Notes under the pieces: model-generated
Seen by the model: the letters and a program-made list of their open reading frames with translations, nothing else
What the model was told of the DNA's origin: nothing
Databases searched by the model: none
Source: an uncultured Candidatus Poseidoniales archaeon
GTDB taxonomy: Archaea > Thermoplasmatota > Poseidoniia > Poseidoniales > Thalassarchaeaceae
Reading direction: 5' to 3'
NCBI GenBank assembly: GCA_902560445.1
Contig: CACELO010000004.1
Span: 9,170-73,169 of the forward strand
Length of the DNA: 64,000 nucleotides
Part shown: positions 17,777 through 27,700 of the stretch, piece by piece
Position numbering within the stretch: position 1 is the first letter of the stretch
Layout: every line of letters starts with the position of its first letter
Position numbers and translations under genes: made by a program

Positions 17777-20416
17777 TCAATCTCTTCTTGCGAAAGCAGC
17801 AAGGCTAAGCATGGAAATAGCAGTCAAAAGTCCAAATCCTGGCAATAATCCGCCATCGTCGTCTTCATTGAGGTCACAAATACCATCTCCATCAGAATCA
17901 TCTGGAACACTACTAGCATCGGTGGAAATTGTCAGGCATTGTTGTTCTGCATAGTCTGACCATCCATCGTTATCGTCGTCGAAGTCCGAATTATCTCCTT
18001 CACCATCTCCATCGGTATCTTTGTGCTCTAATGAATCGAATTGGAAATCATCGAATACATCGGCGACTCCATCGTTGTCGTCATCATCGTCTAATTCGTC
18101 ACACTTACTATCTCCATCGAAATTTGATGGTATTGAATCGATATCTAATGGGTTGGAGGCGCAGGCTGCTTCCTCATCATCTGAGAATCCATCGTTATCA
18201 TCGTCTGTATCTGAATTGTCGGTTACCCCATCGCCATCTGTGTCAATTGGTAAAGATGAAGCATCTAGAGGGTCATAACCAGTCGAAGTTTCATACTCAT
18301 CACTCCAGCCATCACCGTCATCATCATCATCGGAATTATCTCCAGTTCCATCCCCATCAGTATCAGTTGTTTCAAGTCGATTATCAGGGAATGAATCTTG
18401 TTCATTGTCTACCCCATCACCATCTCTATCACTGTCGGAATTGTCTCCGATCCCATCTCCGTCCATATCGCTATATTCGAATGGATCTAGAGGAAATACG
18501 TCATTCACATCCTCCACTCCATCTCCGTCATCGTCAGAATCCAAGTAATTACATTCAGAATCAGAATCAGAATCAATCGGGGTAGACTTCTCATCAAGAG
18601 AATCTGTTGTGCAATTTACCTCATCTTGGTCTGTCCATCCATCTCCATCATCATCTTCATCTTCGTTATCTCCAAGACTATCAAAGTCAGTGTCCAACCA
18701 TTCCGCAGCATTCATCGGGAATACATCATTATCATCTGTGAATCCGTCATTATCATCATCATCATCGACTACATCACAAATCATGTCACTATCAAAATCA
18801 TCTGGCAAAACCAAACTGTCTCTAGGGTCTGTGCCACAAATCGCTTCATCTGAATCCGTCCATCCATCATTATCGTCATCTAGATCTGCATTATCTCCAA
18901 CGCCATCCATGTCAAAATCAGAAAATTCTGTGGCATTGAATGGAAACAGGTCATCGACATCTAAGACACCGTCTCCGTCGTCATCATCGTCCTGTGAGTC
19001 ACAATTTCCATCTCCATCTGTATCTGTGGGGTACTCAGAACTATTCAGGGGGTCAGTTAGACAATAATTCTCGACCTCGTCATCCCAACCATCTCCATCA
19101 TCGTCTAAATCAGAATTATCTCCTAAACCATCATTATCCGTATCTATCCATTCTGTAGAGTCGAGTGGGAATTCATCGACAGTGTCGTTGTAACCGTCTC
19201 CATCATCATCTAAATCTTCAACATCACAAATTCCATCTGAATCTGTATCAGTCGGATAGCTCTCGAAATCGGTAGTATTTGTTCCACAAAGAATCTCATC
19301 AATATCCGACCATCCATCATTATCATCGTCTGAATCTAAAGAATTACAGGTGCCATCTGAATCACTGTCAACGGGATATGACGTAGAGTCGATGGAGTCA
19401 GTTCCACAAGCCACTTCATCAGAATCCTGCCAACTATCTCCATCGTCATCATCGTCCAAGTAATTGCATGTTCCGTCTCCATCGGTATCGATTGGTGTGG
19501 AACTAGAATTGGTTGGGTCGGTGTTGCAATTTAATTCGTCAATATCATTCCAACCATCGTCATCATCATCAGGGTCTAATGGGTCGCATGTTCCATCCGA
19601 ATCGGTATCGGTAGGGGCGGAACTGGAATCGGTAGAGTTACTGCCACAATCATCTTCATCTGAGTCACTCCAACCGTCATCATCGTCATCGGTATCCATT
19701 GAATCACAGGTACCATCGCTATCAGTATCATCTGGAATTGAGCTCGCATCATTTGGATTAGAACCACATGCCTGTTCGGCACTATCACTCCAACCATCGT
19801 CGTCATCATCAGTGTCTACTGGATCACAGATACCATCACCATCTGTGTCAGTAGGTACGCTAGAGCTGTCATTAGCATCTGTACCACATGCCCCTTCGTC
19901 AGTATCACTCCAACCATCTCCGTCAGAATCCGATGCCTCTTCTGAGAGACTCCAAGAATCTGTACCATATCCATCGCCTCCTGTATTTCCATTACCATTT
20001 ACAAAATTGACAGTCAAGTCGAATGTGACATTACCTGAGCCTGAAGAGGGAGCGGTCCAATCCACTGTCCATGTTCGCGCGTTTGCATTACTGTGGGTGA
20101 CTTCACCATTCAAAATCTGGGCGTTGGAACCAGGATTGCTAAAGCTGCCTAAATCTGCATCTAGGTTGAACCCGCCGCCACTTCCTGATGGCCCACCAGT
20201 TCCTCCTATGGTCAATCCATAGGTGCTACTTGCAACATACCCATCGGCCGGAAACCCACTCAAACTAGGAGTTACTTGGTTTGCTCCACCACCATGGCAG
20301 GCACACCCTGAAGAGGCTGACCCAGTTCTTCCACCCGAGTGCCCAAATGCATCTTGTGGTACTGCTAAAACAAGTAGTAGAATCAATACCATTGACACCT
20401 TACGTCGAGAAGTCAT
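17777..20416 (-). CDS. Hyper-acidic thrombospondin-type-3 (Ca-binding) repeat surface protein with a PGF-CTERM sorting signal
   Basis: 879-aa ORF. Signal peptide MVLILLLVLAVPQDAFG. About 140-aa N-terminal globular domain. Dozens of DxDxDGxCDxxDxDDDxDGWxD...CG units. C-terminus LLPGFGLLTAISMLSLAAFARRD (PGF + TM + basic tail). Confidence 0.85.
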   Translation of the reverse strand: MTSRRKVSMVLILLLVLAVPQDAFGHSGGRTGSASSGCACHGGGANQVTPSLSGFPADGYVASSTYGLTIGGTGGPSGSGGGFNLDADLGSFSNPGSNAQILNGEVTHSNANARTWTVDWTAPSSGSGNVTFDLTVNFVNGNGNTGGDGYGTDSWSLSEEASDSDGDGWSDTDEGACGTDANDSSSVPTDTDGDGICDPVDTDDDDDGWSDSAEQACGSNPNDASSIPDDTDSDGTCDSMDTDDDDDGWSDSDEDDCGSNSTDSSSAPTDTDSDGTCDPLDPDDDDDGWNDIDELNCNTDPTNSSSTPIDTDGDGTCNYLDDDDDGDSWQDSDEVACGTDSIDSTSYPVDSDSDGTCNSLDSDDDNDGWSDIDEILCGTNTTDFESYPTDTDSDGICDVEDLDDDGDGYNDTVDEFPLDSTEWIDTDNDGLGDNSDLDDDGDGWDDEVENYCLTDPLNSSEYPTDTDGDGNCDSQDDDDDGDGVLDVDDLFPFNATEFSDFDMDGVGDNADLDDDNDGWTDSDEAICGTDPRDSLVLPDDFDSDMICDVVDDDDDNDGFTDDNDVFPMNAAEWLDTDFDSLGDNEDEDDDGDGWTDQDEVNCTTDSLDEKSTPIDSDSDSECNYLDSDDDGDGVEDVNDVFPLDPFEYSDMDGDGIGDNSDSDRDGDGVDNEQDSFPDNRLETTDTDGDGTGDNSDDDDDGDGWSDEYETSTGYDPLDASSLPIDTDGDGVTDNSDTDDDNDGFSDDEEAACASNPLDIDSIPSNFDGDSKCDELDDDDDNDGVADVFDDFQFDSLEHKDTDGDGEGDNSDFDDDNDGWSDYAEQQCLTISTDASSVPDDSDGDGICDLNEDDDGGLLPGFGLLTAISMLSLAAFARRD
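17873..19933 (-). repeat. Coding tandem array of diverged TSP3-like repeats (about 35-40 aa period)
   Basis: Periodic GAY-rich codon blocks. The repeats are similar but not identical at DNA level. Confidence 0.8.
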
Positions 20417-20448
20417 TGAATTACGGCGTCACACCGACCTTTTGGCCT

Positions 20449-23262
20449 TCACTGTCGCCTGCGTCCGACAATCATCGCTGCACATAGCATTGCTAAGGTT
20501 GCCAAAACTAATCCAAATCCAGGTGTGTTGTTGTCATCCGGAACATAGTCTGGACCATCTGTATTGTCGGAATCCAGTTCATCGCAAATTCCGTCACCAT
20601 CTACGTCCTTTGGTACTGATGTTGAGTCTACATGGTCGCTTCCACAGGAGTCTTCTTCAGTATCTAACCATCCATCACCGTCATCATCTGTATCTGCATT
20701 ATCACCAGTTCCATCAGAATCAGAATCGCTCCATTCTGCAGAGTCAGATGGGAAAGCATCGACATCGTCTCCGAAACCATCTCCGTCATCATCAGGGTCT
20801 TGTTCATCACACATTCCATCATCATCAAGGTCGTCTGGATTTGATAGGTTGTCCATTGAATCCGAGCCACAATTATCCTCTACAGAGTCGGGCCAGCCAT
20901 CTCCATCATCATCAGTGTCTGCGTTGTCCCCAACTCCATCCTCGTCCGAATCTTTCCATTCACTAGAATCGACTGGGAATTTATCCTCATAATCTCCAAC
21001 CCCATCATCATCACTATCTGAATCTAGAGGGTTAGTTCCAGTTGCGACTTCATCTGAATCGCTTATTCCATCATTATCGTCATCAACATCAATACTATCA
21101 CAATCGCCATCACCATCTGAATCACTTGGTAGTGAATTTCCATCTAAAGGATCTGAACCACACAATCCTTCGATGCTGTCAGAACTACCATCTGCATCAT
21201 CATCATCATCTGTTGCGTCGCAATCTCCATCGCCGTCGGTATCGGTTGGTATTGAACTAGAGTCCATTGAATCTGAAAGACAAGTTTCTTCGATTGAATC
21301 TGAAAAACCGTCATTGTCATCATCTGTATCGGAATTGTCCCCAATCGCATCTCCATCAGAATCTGCCCATTCGCTTTCGTCCAAAGGTGCCCAATCCTCT
21401 GAATCAGGCACTCCATCTTCGTCGTCGTCGGTGTCTATTTCATCACAGGTACCGTCACCGTCAGTATCGGTTGGTATAGACATACCATCCATCGGATTAC
21501 TACCACAGACATCCTCTAGGTTGTCATTGTACCCGTCGCCATCATCATCGACGTCTGCATTATCTCCAATTCCATCACTATCGGTGTCCATCCATTCACT
21601 TGGATCTAATGGAGCCCAATCCACAGAGTCGTCGTATCCATCTCCATCATCATCAGTATCTGCATTATTTCCTATACCATCACCATCGGTGTCTTCCCAC
21701 TCATATGGATCTAGAGGGAATGCATCCTCGGAATTGATTATTCCATCCCCATCATCATCGACATCTAGAGCATCACATGTCCCATCTCCATCAGAATCTA
21801 GCGGAACACTTGATGAGTCTAATGAATCAGAGCCACAATCTAACTCGTTTTGATCTAGGTATCCATCTCCATCGTCGTCATCATCTGCGTTGTTTCCAGT
21901 GCCGTCGTTATCTGTATCTGTGTCCTCATTAGGGTCTAGAGGGAAATCATCGTATGCATCATCGACACCATCTCCGTCATCATCGTTATCTGCATTATCA
22001 CCAGTACCATCTCCATCGGTATCTGTGTCTTCGTTTGGATCTAAGGGGAAGTCATCGTTGGTATCGTCAACACCATCTCCATCATCATCGGAATCTAATG
22101 TATCACAGGTCCCGTCGCTATCCGTGTCGGTAGGGATACTGCTTGAGGAAAGTGGGTCAGAACCACAATCATTCTCAACAGAATCACTGTAAGAATCTCC
22201 GTCGTCATCATCATCGGCGTTGTTACCAATTCCATCACCGTCGGTATCCGTATCTTCATTCGGATCTAATGGGAAATCATCCGCAGAATCATCGACTCCG
22301 TCATTATCGTCATCAGCATCAGCATTGTCCCCGATACCATCCCCATCATTGTCAGCCCATTCACTAGGATCGAGAGGGAATGCATCATTGACATCTAGGT
22401 AACCATCATTATCATCGTCATCGTCTTCAACGAGAGTTGTTGTAGTAGGATTTCCGGAGCTACTACTTGAGAATACAACATTATCGACATAGACTGATTC
22501 AGATTGTGAATTAGAAGTGAATTCAAATTCTAAATTACCCTGCCCAAGAGAGCTAATGTTAGAAGTAAAACTAGTCCATAATCCCATATATGAAGCAAAA
22601 CCACCGTTATTTCCTCCTCCTGTAGCACCGGTTGCGTTTACTAATTCGACTGTTGAGGTACTCCCAACGAATCGAATAATTAGATGGTCGGAATTCTCGT
22701 AACTATTACTCGAACCACCTTGGACATATAAATCGAAAGTCATTGAATCCGCTGTTACGTCATCAAGAGTCAAAGTTACCATCCCATCAACATCACCCAT
22801 TTGGTATCCTTGAGTTCCATCTGTGTAATTCCCAACAGTACCTGTATAGTTAGCGGTACCAAAGTAATCGCCATCTGTAAGACCAACACTTCCGGTAGAG
22901 GTGTAGTACAAGGTGAAGCCCATCTCTGCACCGGTGGTCTGGTTGTGAGCTATATCGGGCTCATTTGCATTGTTCCAAAGGTACCTACTTACCGACTCGC
23001 TTCCAGTGTCGAAATATTTTGCACCATTGGTAAATGGGTCTTCAAATGAAGTATACGCTACAGTTCCCGAACTACTGGGGCAACTGATTGTATCTGGCAT
23101 TCCATCGCCGTCGGTATCGGTATCTGCGCATGGGTCATTAGGGAAGTCATCAGCAGAATCATTCACTCCGTCTCCATCGGAATCTGTTGCCATTACATTT
23201 GGAACCCATGAAACCATGAGTAGTGCAATCAATAGTACGAGTGGCTTAGGGGTACTGGTCAT
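20449..23262 (-). CDS. Hyper-acidic TSP3-repeat surface protein with a PGF-CTERM sorting signal (paralogue of the downstream gene)
   Basis: 937-aa ORF. Signal peptide LVLLIALLMVSWVPNVMA. About 200-aa beta-sandwich-like domain ending SVYVDNVVFS. A long TSP3 array follows. C-terminus NTPGFGLVLATLAMLCAAMIVGRRRQ. Confidence 0.85.
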   Translation of the reverse strand: MTSTPKPLVLLIALLMVSWVPNVMATDSDGDGVNDSADDFPNDPCADTDTDGDGMPDTISCPSSSGTVAYTSFEDPFTNGAKYFDTGSESVSRYLWNNANEPDIAHNQTTGAEMGFTLYYTSTGSVGLTDGDYFGTANYTGTVGNYTDGTQGYQMGDVDGMVTLTLDDVTADSMTFDLYVQGGSSNSYENSDHLIIRFVGSTSTVELVNATGATGGGNNGGFASYMGLWTSFTSNISSLGQGNLEFEFTSNSQSESVYVDNVVFSSSSSGNPTTTTLVEDDDDDNDGYLDVNDAFPLDPSEWADNDGDGIGDNADADDDNDGVDDSADDFPLDPNEDTDTDGDGIGNNADDDDDGDSYSDSVENDCGSDPLSSSSIPTDTDSDGTCDTLDSDDDGDGVDDTNDDFPLDPNEDTDTDGDGTGDNADNDDDGDGVDDAYDDFPLDPNEDTDTDNDGTGNNADDDDDGDGYLDQNELDCGSDSLDSSSVPLDSDGDGTCDALDVDDDGDGIINSEDAFPLDPYEWEDTDGDGIGNNADTDDDGDGYDDSVDWAPLDPSEWMDTDSDGIGDNADVDDDGDGYNDNLEDVCGSNPMDGMSIPTDTDGDGTCDEIDTDDDEDGVPDSEDWAPLDESEWADSDGDAIGDNSDTDDDNDGFSDSIEETCLSDSMDSSSIPTDTDGDGDCDATDDDDDADGSSDSIEGLCGSDPLDGNSLPSDSDGDGDCDSIDVDDDNDGISDSDEVATGTNPLDSDSDDDGVGDYEDKFPVDSSEWKDSDEDGVGDNADTDDDGDGWPDSVEDNCGSDSMDNLSNPDDLDDDGMCDEQDPDDDGDGFGDDVDAFPSDSAEWSDSDSDGTGDNADTDDDGDGWLDTEEDSCGSDHVDSTSVPKDVDGDGICDELDSDNTDGPDYVPDDNNTPGFGLVLATLAMLCAAMIVGRRRQ
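20550..22430 (-). repeat. Coding tandem array of diverged TSP3-like repeats
   Basis: Alternating Cys-containing units (E..CGSD..D..S.P.DTD.DG.CD) and Cys-free units (D.FP.D..E..DTD.DG.GDN.D.DDD.DG). Confidence 0.8.
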
Positions 23263-23370
23263 GTTTTCCGGAGTGTGGCTGGGATTGAAATAAATGACTA
23301 CTGCGAATTCTTGTCGATAGAGAGCGACCTAGACCGTCATACTCTTTGACCTAGCCTTCAAGGGTTGGAT

Positions 23371-24651
23371 ATGAATCCTAGAGAGCAGGTAGATGCGGTA
23401 ATGCAAGCGAGTACGTCTTCCGGTCGCCATTATCGTAATTCCATCCCTATGATTGCTAGCGAAAATATTCTTTCTCCTTTGGTTGCAGAAGCCATTCAAG
23501 GAGACCTTCATGGTCGCTATGCAGAGGGTCTACCAGGTAAGCGATATTATCAGGGATGCGACGATTTTGATACTATCGAAAGCATTGGAATAGACTCTGC
23601 AAAACGGGTTTTTAATTGCCAATTCGCAAACATTCAATCAACTTCTGGAACGGTTTCTAACATGGGGGCCCTCAAGGCCTTGACGAAACCTGGTGATACA
23701 ATTACGGCAGTTTCGACTGCAGATGGGGGCCACATATCACATCACCCTATGGGTGCTGTGGGTATGCGAGGTCTCAATCTTGTCACCTATCCATGGGATG
23801 AGGAAAGGATGGAACCCGATGTAGACGCGGCTTCATCGATAATTCGTAGTGAGCAACCGGAACTATGTTTGTTCGGCCAATCGGTTATTCTGTTCCCTAT
23901 TCAGTTACAAGAATTAGCTGATGTAGCTCACGAGGTAGGTGCTCGTGTGATGTATGACGGAGCCCATGTCTTGGGGCTAATCGCTGGTGGGGAATTTCAA
24001 GACCCACTTCGAGAAGGTGCCGATGTTATGACAGGTTCAAGCCACAAGACTTTCCCAGGCCCTCAAGGGGGCTTTCTACTAAGTGATTCAGAGGATGAAT
24101 CATTGCAAAAGAAGCTCAACAATGCGATATTTCCAGGGGTCTGTTCATCATACCATCTTCACCATGTAGCAGGTAAAGTTGTTGCAATGGCAGAGTTTGA
24201 AGCCTATGGCGAACAGTACGCTCGAGATATAGTAGCCAACGCAAGAGCATTGGGTTCTGCTTTAGCCGAGGAGGGTTTTGATGTGATTGCCGAAGAACGC
24301 AACTTTACTGCGAGCCACCAAATATTAACCCGTCATGGAGGGCCTGATTCAGGCGCTGGAAAGAGAGCCGCCCAAAGGCTAGAAGATTGTGGAATTATTA
24401 CCAATATGAACATGCTTCCTGGGGATACTAAGGCAATGTCTGGCCCTAGTGGTTTGAGGCTCGGTACACCCGAGTTAACTCGAATTGGAATGGGTGCAAA
24501 TGAAATGATAGATGTTGCAAAATTCTTTGCTAGGTCACTGTTATCAGAAGAAAATCCAGAACGTGTCAAATCCGATATCGCACAATTCAAATCCGAATTT
24601 CAAACAGTGAAATATGCTATTCAGGAAGGTCCTGCTTATCCTGAAATGTAA
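23371..24651 (+). CDS. glyA: Serine hydroxymethyltransferase
   Basis: IASENILSPLV...GRYAEGLPGKRYYQGC, and the PLP-lysine motif GSSHKTFPGPQGG. ATG at 23371 is preferred over TTG 23365 in the ORF track. Confidence 0.95.
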   Translation: MNPREQVDAVMQASTSSGRHYRNSIPMIASENILSPLVAEAIQGDLHGRYAEGLPGKRYYQGCDDFDTIESIGIDSAKRVFNCQFANIQSTSGTVSNMGALKALTKPGDTITAVSTADGGHISHHPMGAVGMRGLNLVTYPWDEERMEPDVDAASSIIRSEQPELCLFGQSVILFPIQLQELADVAHEVGARVMYDGAHVLGLIAGGEFQDPLREGADVMTGSSHKTFPGPQGGFLLSDSEDESLQKKLNNAIFPGVCSSYHLHHVAGKVVAMAEFEAYGEQYARDIVANARALGSALAEEGFDVIAEERNFTASHQILTRHGGPDSGAGKRAAQRLEDCGIITNMNMLPGDTKAMSGPSGLRLGTPELTRIGMGANEMIDVAKFFARSLLSEENPERVKSDIAQFKSEFQTVKYAIQEGPAYPEM

Positions 24652-24680
24652 TGGTAACATCGATTGGTTAGCATTTATCA

Positions 24681-24699
24681 CGACCACCATAGGTGGTCG
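24681..24699 (+). promoter_or_regulatory. Perfect 8-bp hairpin CGACCACC-ATA-GGTGGTCG between glyA and the M60-like gene; the 3' arm contains the GGTGG Shine-Dalgarno
   Basis: Inverted repeat read directly from the sequence. It lies 30 nt after the glyA stop and ends 5 nt before ATG 24705. Confidence 0.4.
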
Positions 24700-24704
24700 A
24701 ACAT

Positions 24705-27700
24705 ATGAGGACAAAGGCCGCCACGTCTGTCCTCCTCACAATGCTGATGCTATCATCAGGCTGTTTGGGTCTGTTCGGAGATTCATCTGTTGAACCCGAG
24801 ACCATTGATTGTGAAGTACAACCAAATCATCCAGATTGTATTGAGGAACAGATAACTCAAGATGATTGTAGAACAGATCAAATCTTTACAGGATCCGAAT
24901 GTCGTCAAATGCAAAAGCCAGAAAATCTGTCTTATGGTTTGAGTATGGTATCTTTAACAATTGGAGAAGCAATGCAATCATTAACACCTTCATTTATAGG
25001 CGATGGACCTCAATTTTGGATAGTAAATCCGAGCCTTCCCTTAGGAATCATTTTCGACAGATATAGTGGAGTGATTTCAGGTACCCCTGAAGAGGTAAGT
25101 GAATCAATTAGATACACAATTGTCGGGTCAAATGCAGTAGGTTCAACGAATGCATGGATTGACCTAGAGGTAATTGTGAATTCACCTACTGCAATCAACT
25201 ACCTAGAACAAACACTTGCTTGTGAGTTAGGCAAATCTTGTGGAATTCCTTCTCCAATTCTCGAGGGGGGAGCGCCCGATGATTGGTCGGTATACCCACA
25301 ATTACCTAATGGGATTTCACTATTTCCCGATGGCTCAATTTCTGGAACCTCTAATCAATTGGGAGATTCTAACTATACAATAAGCGCCGCAAATATGGCA
25401 GGTTCAATTGAAACCACAATTCGAATAATCGTTCTCCACGAAGCTCCTATGGGGTTAGGGTATGGAAGTAACAATTTGCAACTTAGTATCGGTGATGTGG
25501 TGCAGGTAATCCCTTCTACCACCGGCGGAGAAATCGTCTCATGGTCAGTAGAGCCGCCATTCCCTGAGGGACTCAATTTAATGCAAATTGATGGTTCAAT
25601 TCGTGGCTCGCCAACAGAGGTTCAGAGCCTGACCATGCATAGAATTACGGCTTCGAACTCAGGTGGTTCGATTTCCGTTGATGTTCTAATCAGTGTTGCC
25701 GATATGCCTGTGTCAAACTTGTTATACAATCCTTGGGAACATGATTTAACAATTGGAGAACAGATTTCGATCACACCGTCATATTCAGGAGGGACACCCG
25801 ACTCATGGCAGATATCCCCTAGTCTACCTTCGGGATTCCAATTCAATTCAGCTAATGGTACAATTTACGGAGTCGCCAGTGAAGTACAATCATCTTGGGA
25901 ATCTTGGATAATCTGGGCAAACAATACCGGAGGGTCAACATCTACTTTTTTCAAAATCAAAGTTACCAGCATGGCTCCTGACCTGATATCATGGGAAAAT
26001 AATGAGTATATTCTAGAATCTAATCAGAGTGTCTTTATTCAAGCAAATAACAATGGCCCGGAAATTGAATCTTGGGAAATCGAACCACAACTTCCAGACG
26101 GGCTAACTCTTCTCGATAATGGCAGTATTTTTGGTACGCCAACACACAATAGTAATTGGATAGAGTATACCATTTGGGCAAATAATTCTGGAGGTTCTGT
26201 GGGTCTTAATCTTTGGATTGTGGTTCATGATTTGAGGGCGGATCAAGAGGAATTGTTGCGCGGAATGGGGCAAACCAATTGGGGTGGCTGGCCATCTCCA
26301 ATTCTACCAATTGGAGAGTGGTCTTTTCCCGTTGGATTTGCTGAAGGTGGCTATACAGATAGTATCCCAGTTATTTCTGCGAGTCATGTTGGTAGAGGCA
26401 AGATGCTAGGATACGGTCACGAAAGTTGGGTAGATGGGGCGGGAATCGAAGAGACAGAATTCTCACTACGAGCTGTTGAATGGGTTTGTGGCGAGAACGC
26501 GAACGTAGGTCTTGCCTATGGAGCAGGATTCGAAGACTTCGAAGACGAGTTACAAGCCGAAGGACACACAGTACATCTCTCAGTAACACCCGCGGACCTT
26601 ACTGGAATAGATTGTCTATTGGACGAATTTTGGAACGGGCACGACGACCAAGATAATCTGAATTTAATCAATTTCATGCTTGCAGGAGGCGGGCTAATAA
26701 TGGGTGGTCACGCTTGGTATTGGTCATACTCAAATTCAGATGTGGCTCACAATTATCCCGGTAATAAGATTGCAAAAACCACCGGTCTTTTCGTCTCTCA
26801 GGCTTGGGGTGACAACAGTGTCAATCTAACCGAAACTCCACATCCTTTGGCGAGACCGCAATCCGCGATCCAAGCGATTTACGATGACCGCATAAATAAC
26901 CAAAAACTCTCTATTAATGACGCTTCAATAGCCGATTCTACACTCTCGGTTTGTACTGGGGTTGTGAGTTTAGATTTCCATGATTTCTGGTCTCCACTTC
27001 GAGATACAGTTAACGCAACAGGATGGACAGTAATTCAATATGGAACTCTTTGGCAAAATGTTGGACATAACATGGGAGATGACCCAGTTGCCGACACGCT
27101 ACTCAGGGTCGAGGCTGCGCTAACACAAGGGCTTCCAGCGAACGAATTACTAGCACATCCTAGCCATGTGGAATTTCCCGGCGAAGTGCCTGCAAATGCC
27201 ACTAGAGTGACTACCACTGTTTCAGTCGATGGTAACCAAAGTGGTCTTCCGAGTAACTTTGGTTATGCGGGTGCCAGAGCTCATGTTAGGATGAGTACAG
27301 GACTATATGCAGCACCTGGAGATGTTGTGACGGTAACCCTTCCTTCGAAAATAGTCGACTCAGGATCCTACGTCTTGGTAGGAGCGCATAGTGACAAGTT
27401 GTGGTCAAAGAGCCAATTACATCGCCATCCAGAGATTGTCAGATGGTGGTATGTTGATGATGTTAGCATGGAGGTTGGAAATGCCTTCGGGGGGCCGATT
27501 TATATTGCAATAGACCCGGGTTCTACATTGGGTGATTTCCAAGTTAATTTCACAAATGTGGTAGAGGCCCCGATGTTTGTTCTTGGAGAGACTTCCGATT
27601 TTGAATGGATATATTCAGAAAGCGATAATCCCGCTCCTTGGGCCGAATTGGTTTCGGATAATTTCATTATGACAGTTCCAAGTAATGAAATTCGGGATTT

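Noticed and set aside
17715-17954. 79-aa plus-strand ORF starting inside tRNA-Asn.
   Set aside because: It overlaps a well-folded tRNA and then runs antisense to the C-terminus of the TSP3 gene. It has no supporting features.
20288-20308. GCACHGG in the N-terminal head of the 879-aa protein looked like a c-type haem site.
   Set aside because: The spacing is CxCH. The haem c attachment motif is CxxCH, so there is no basis for a cytochrome call.
17929-22402. Many long plus-strand ORFs (up to 252 aa) antisense to the two TSP3-repeat genes.
   Set aside because: Their translations are Ser-, His- or Leu-rich low-complexity strings. They arise automatically from reading GAY/GGY-rich repeat codons backwards. 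The minus-strand frames have signal peptides, coherent repeats and PGF-CTERM ends.
17873-22430. The periodic repeat structure could be mistaken for a CRISPR-like or satellite array.
   Set aside because: The repeats are in-frame, diverged and entirely within long ORFs. There is no repeat-spacer architecture.
23326-23354. Direct repeat GACCTAG...(15 nt)...GACCTAG upstream of glyA, considered as a possible operator.
   Set aside because: A 7-mer repeating once within a roughly 100-bp spacer is close to chance expectation. There is no palindromy and no further copies.
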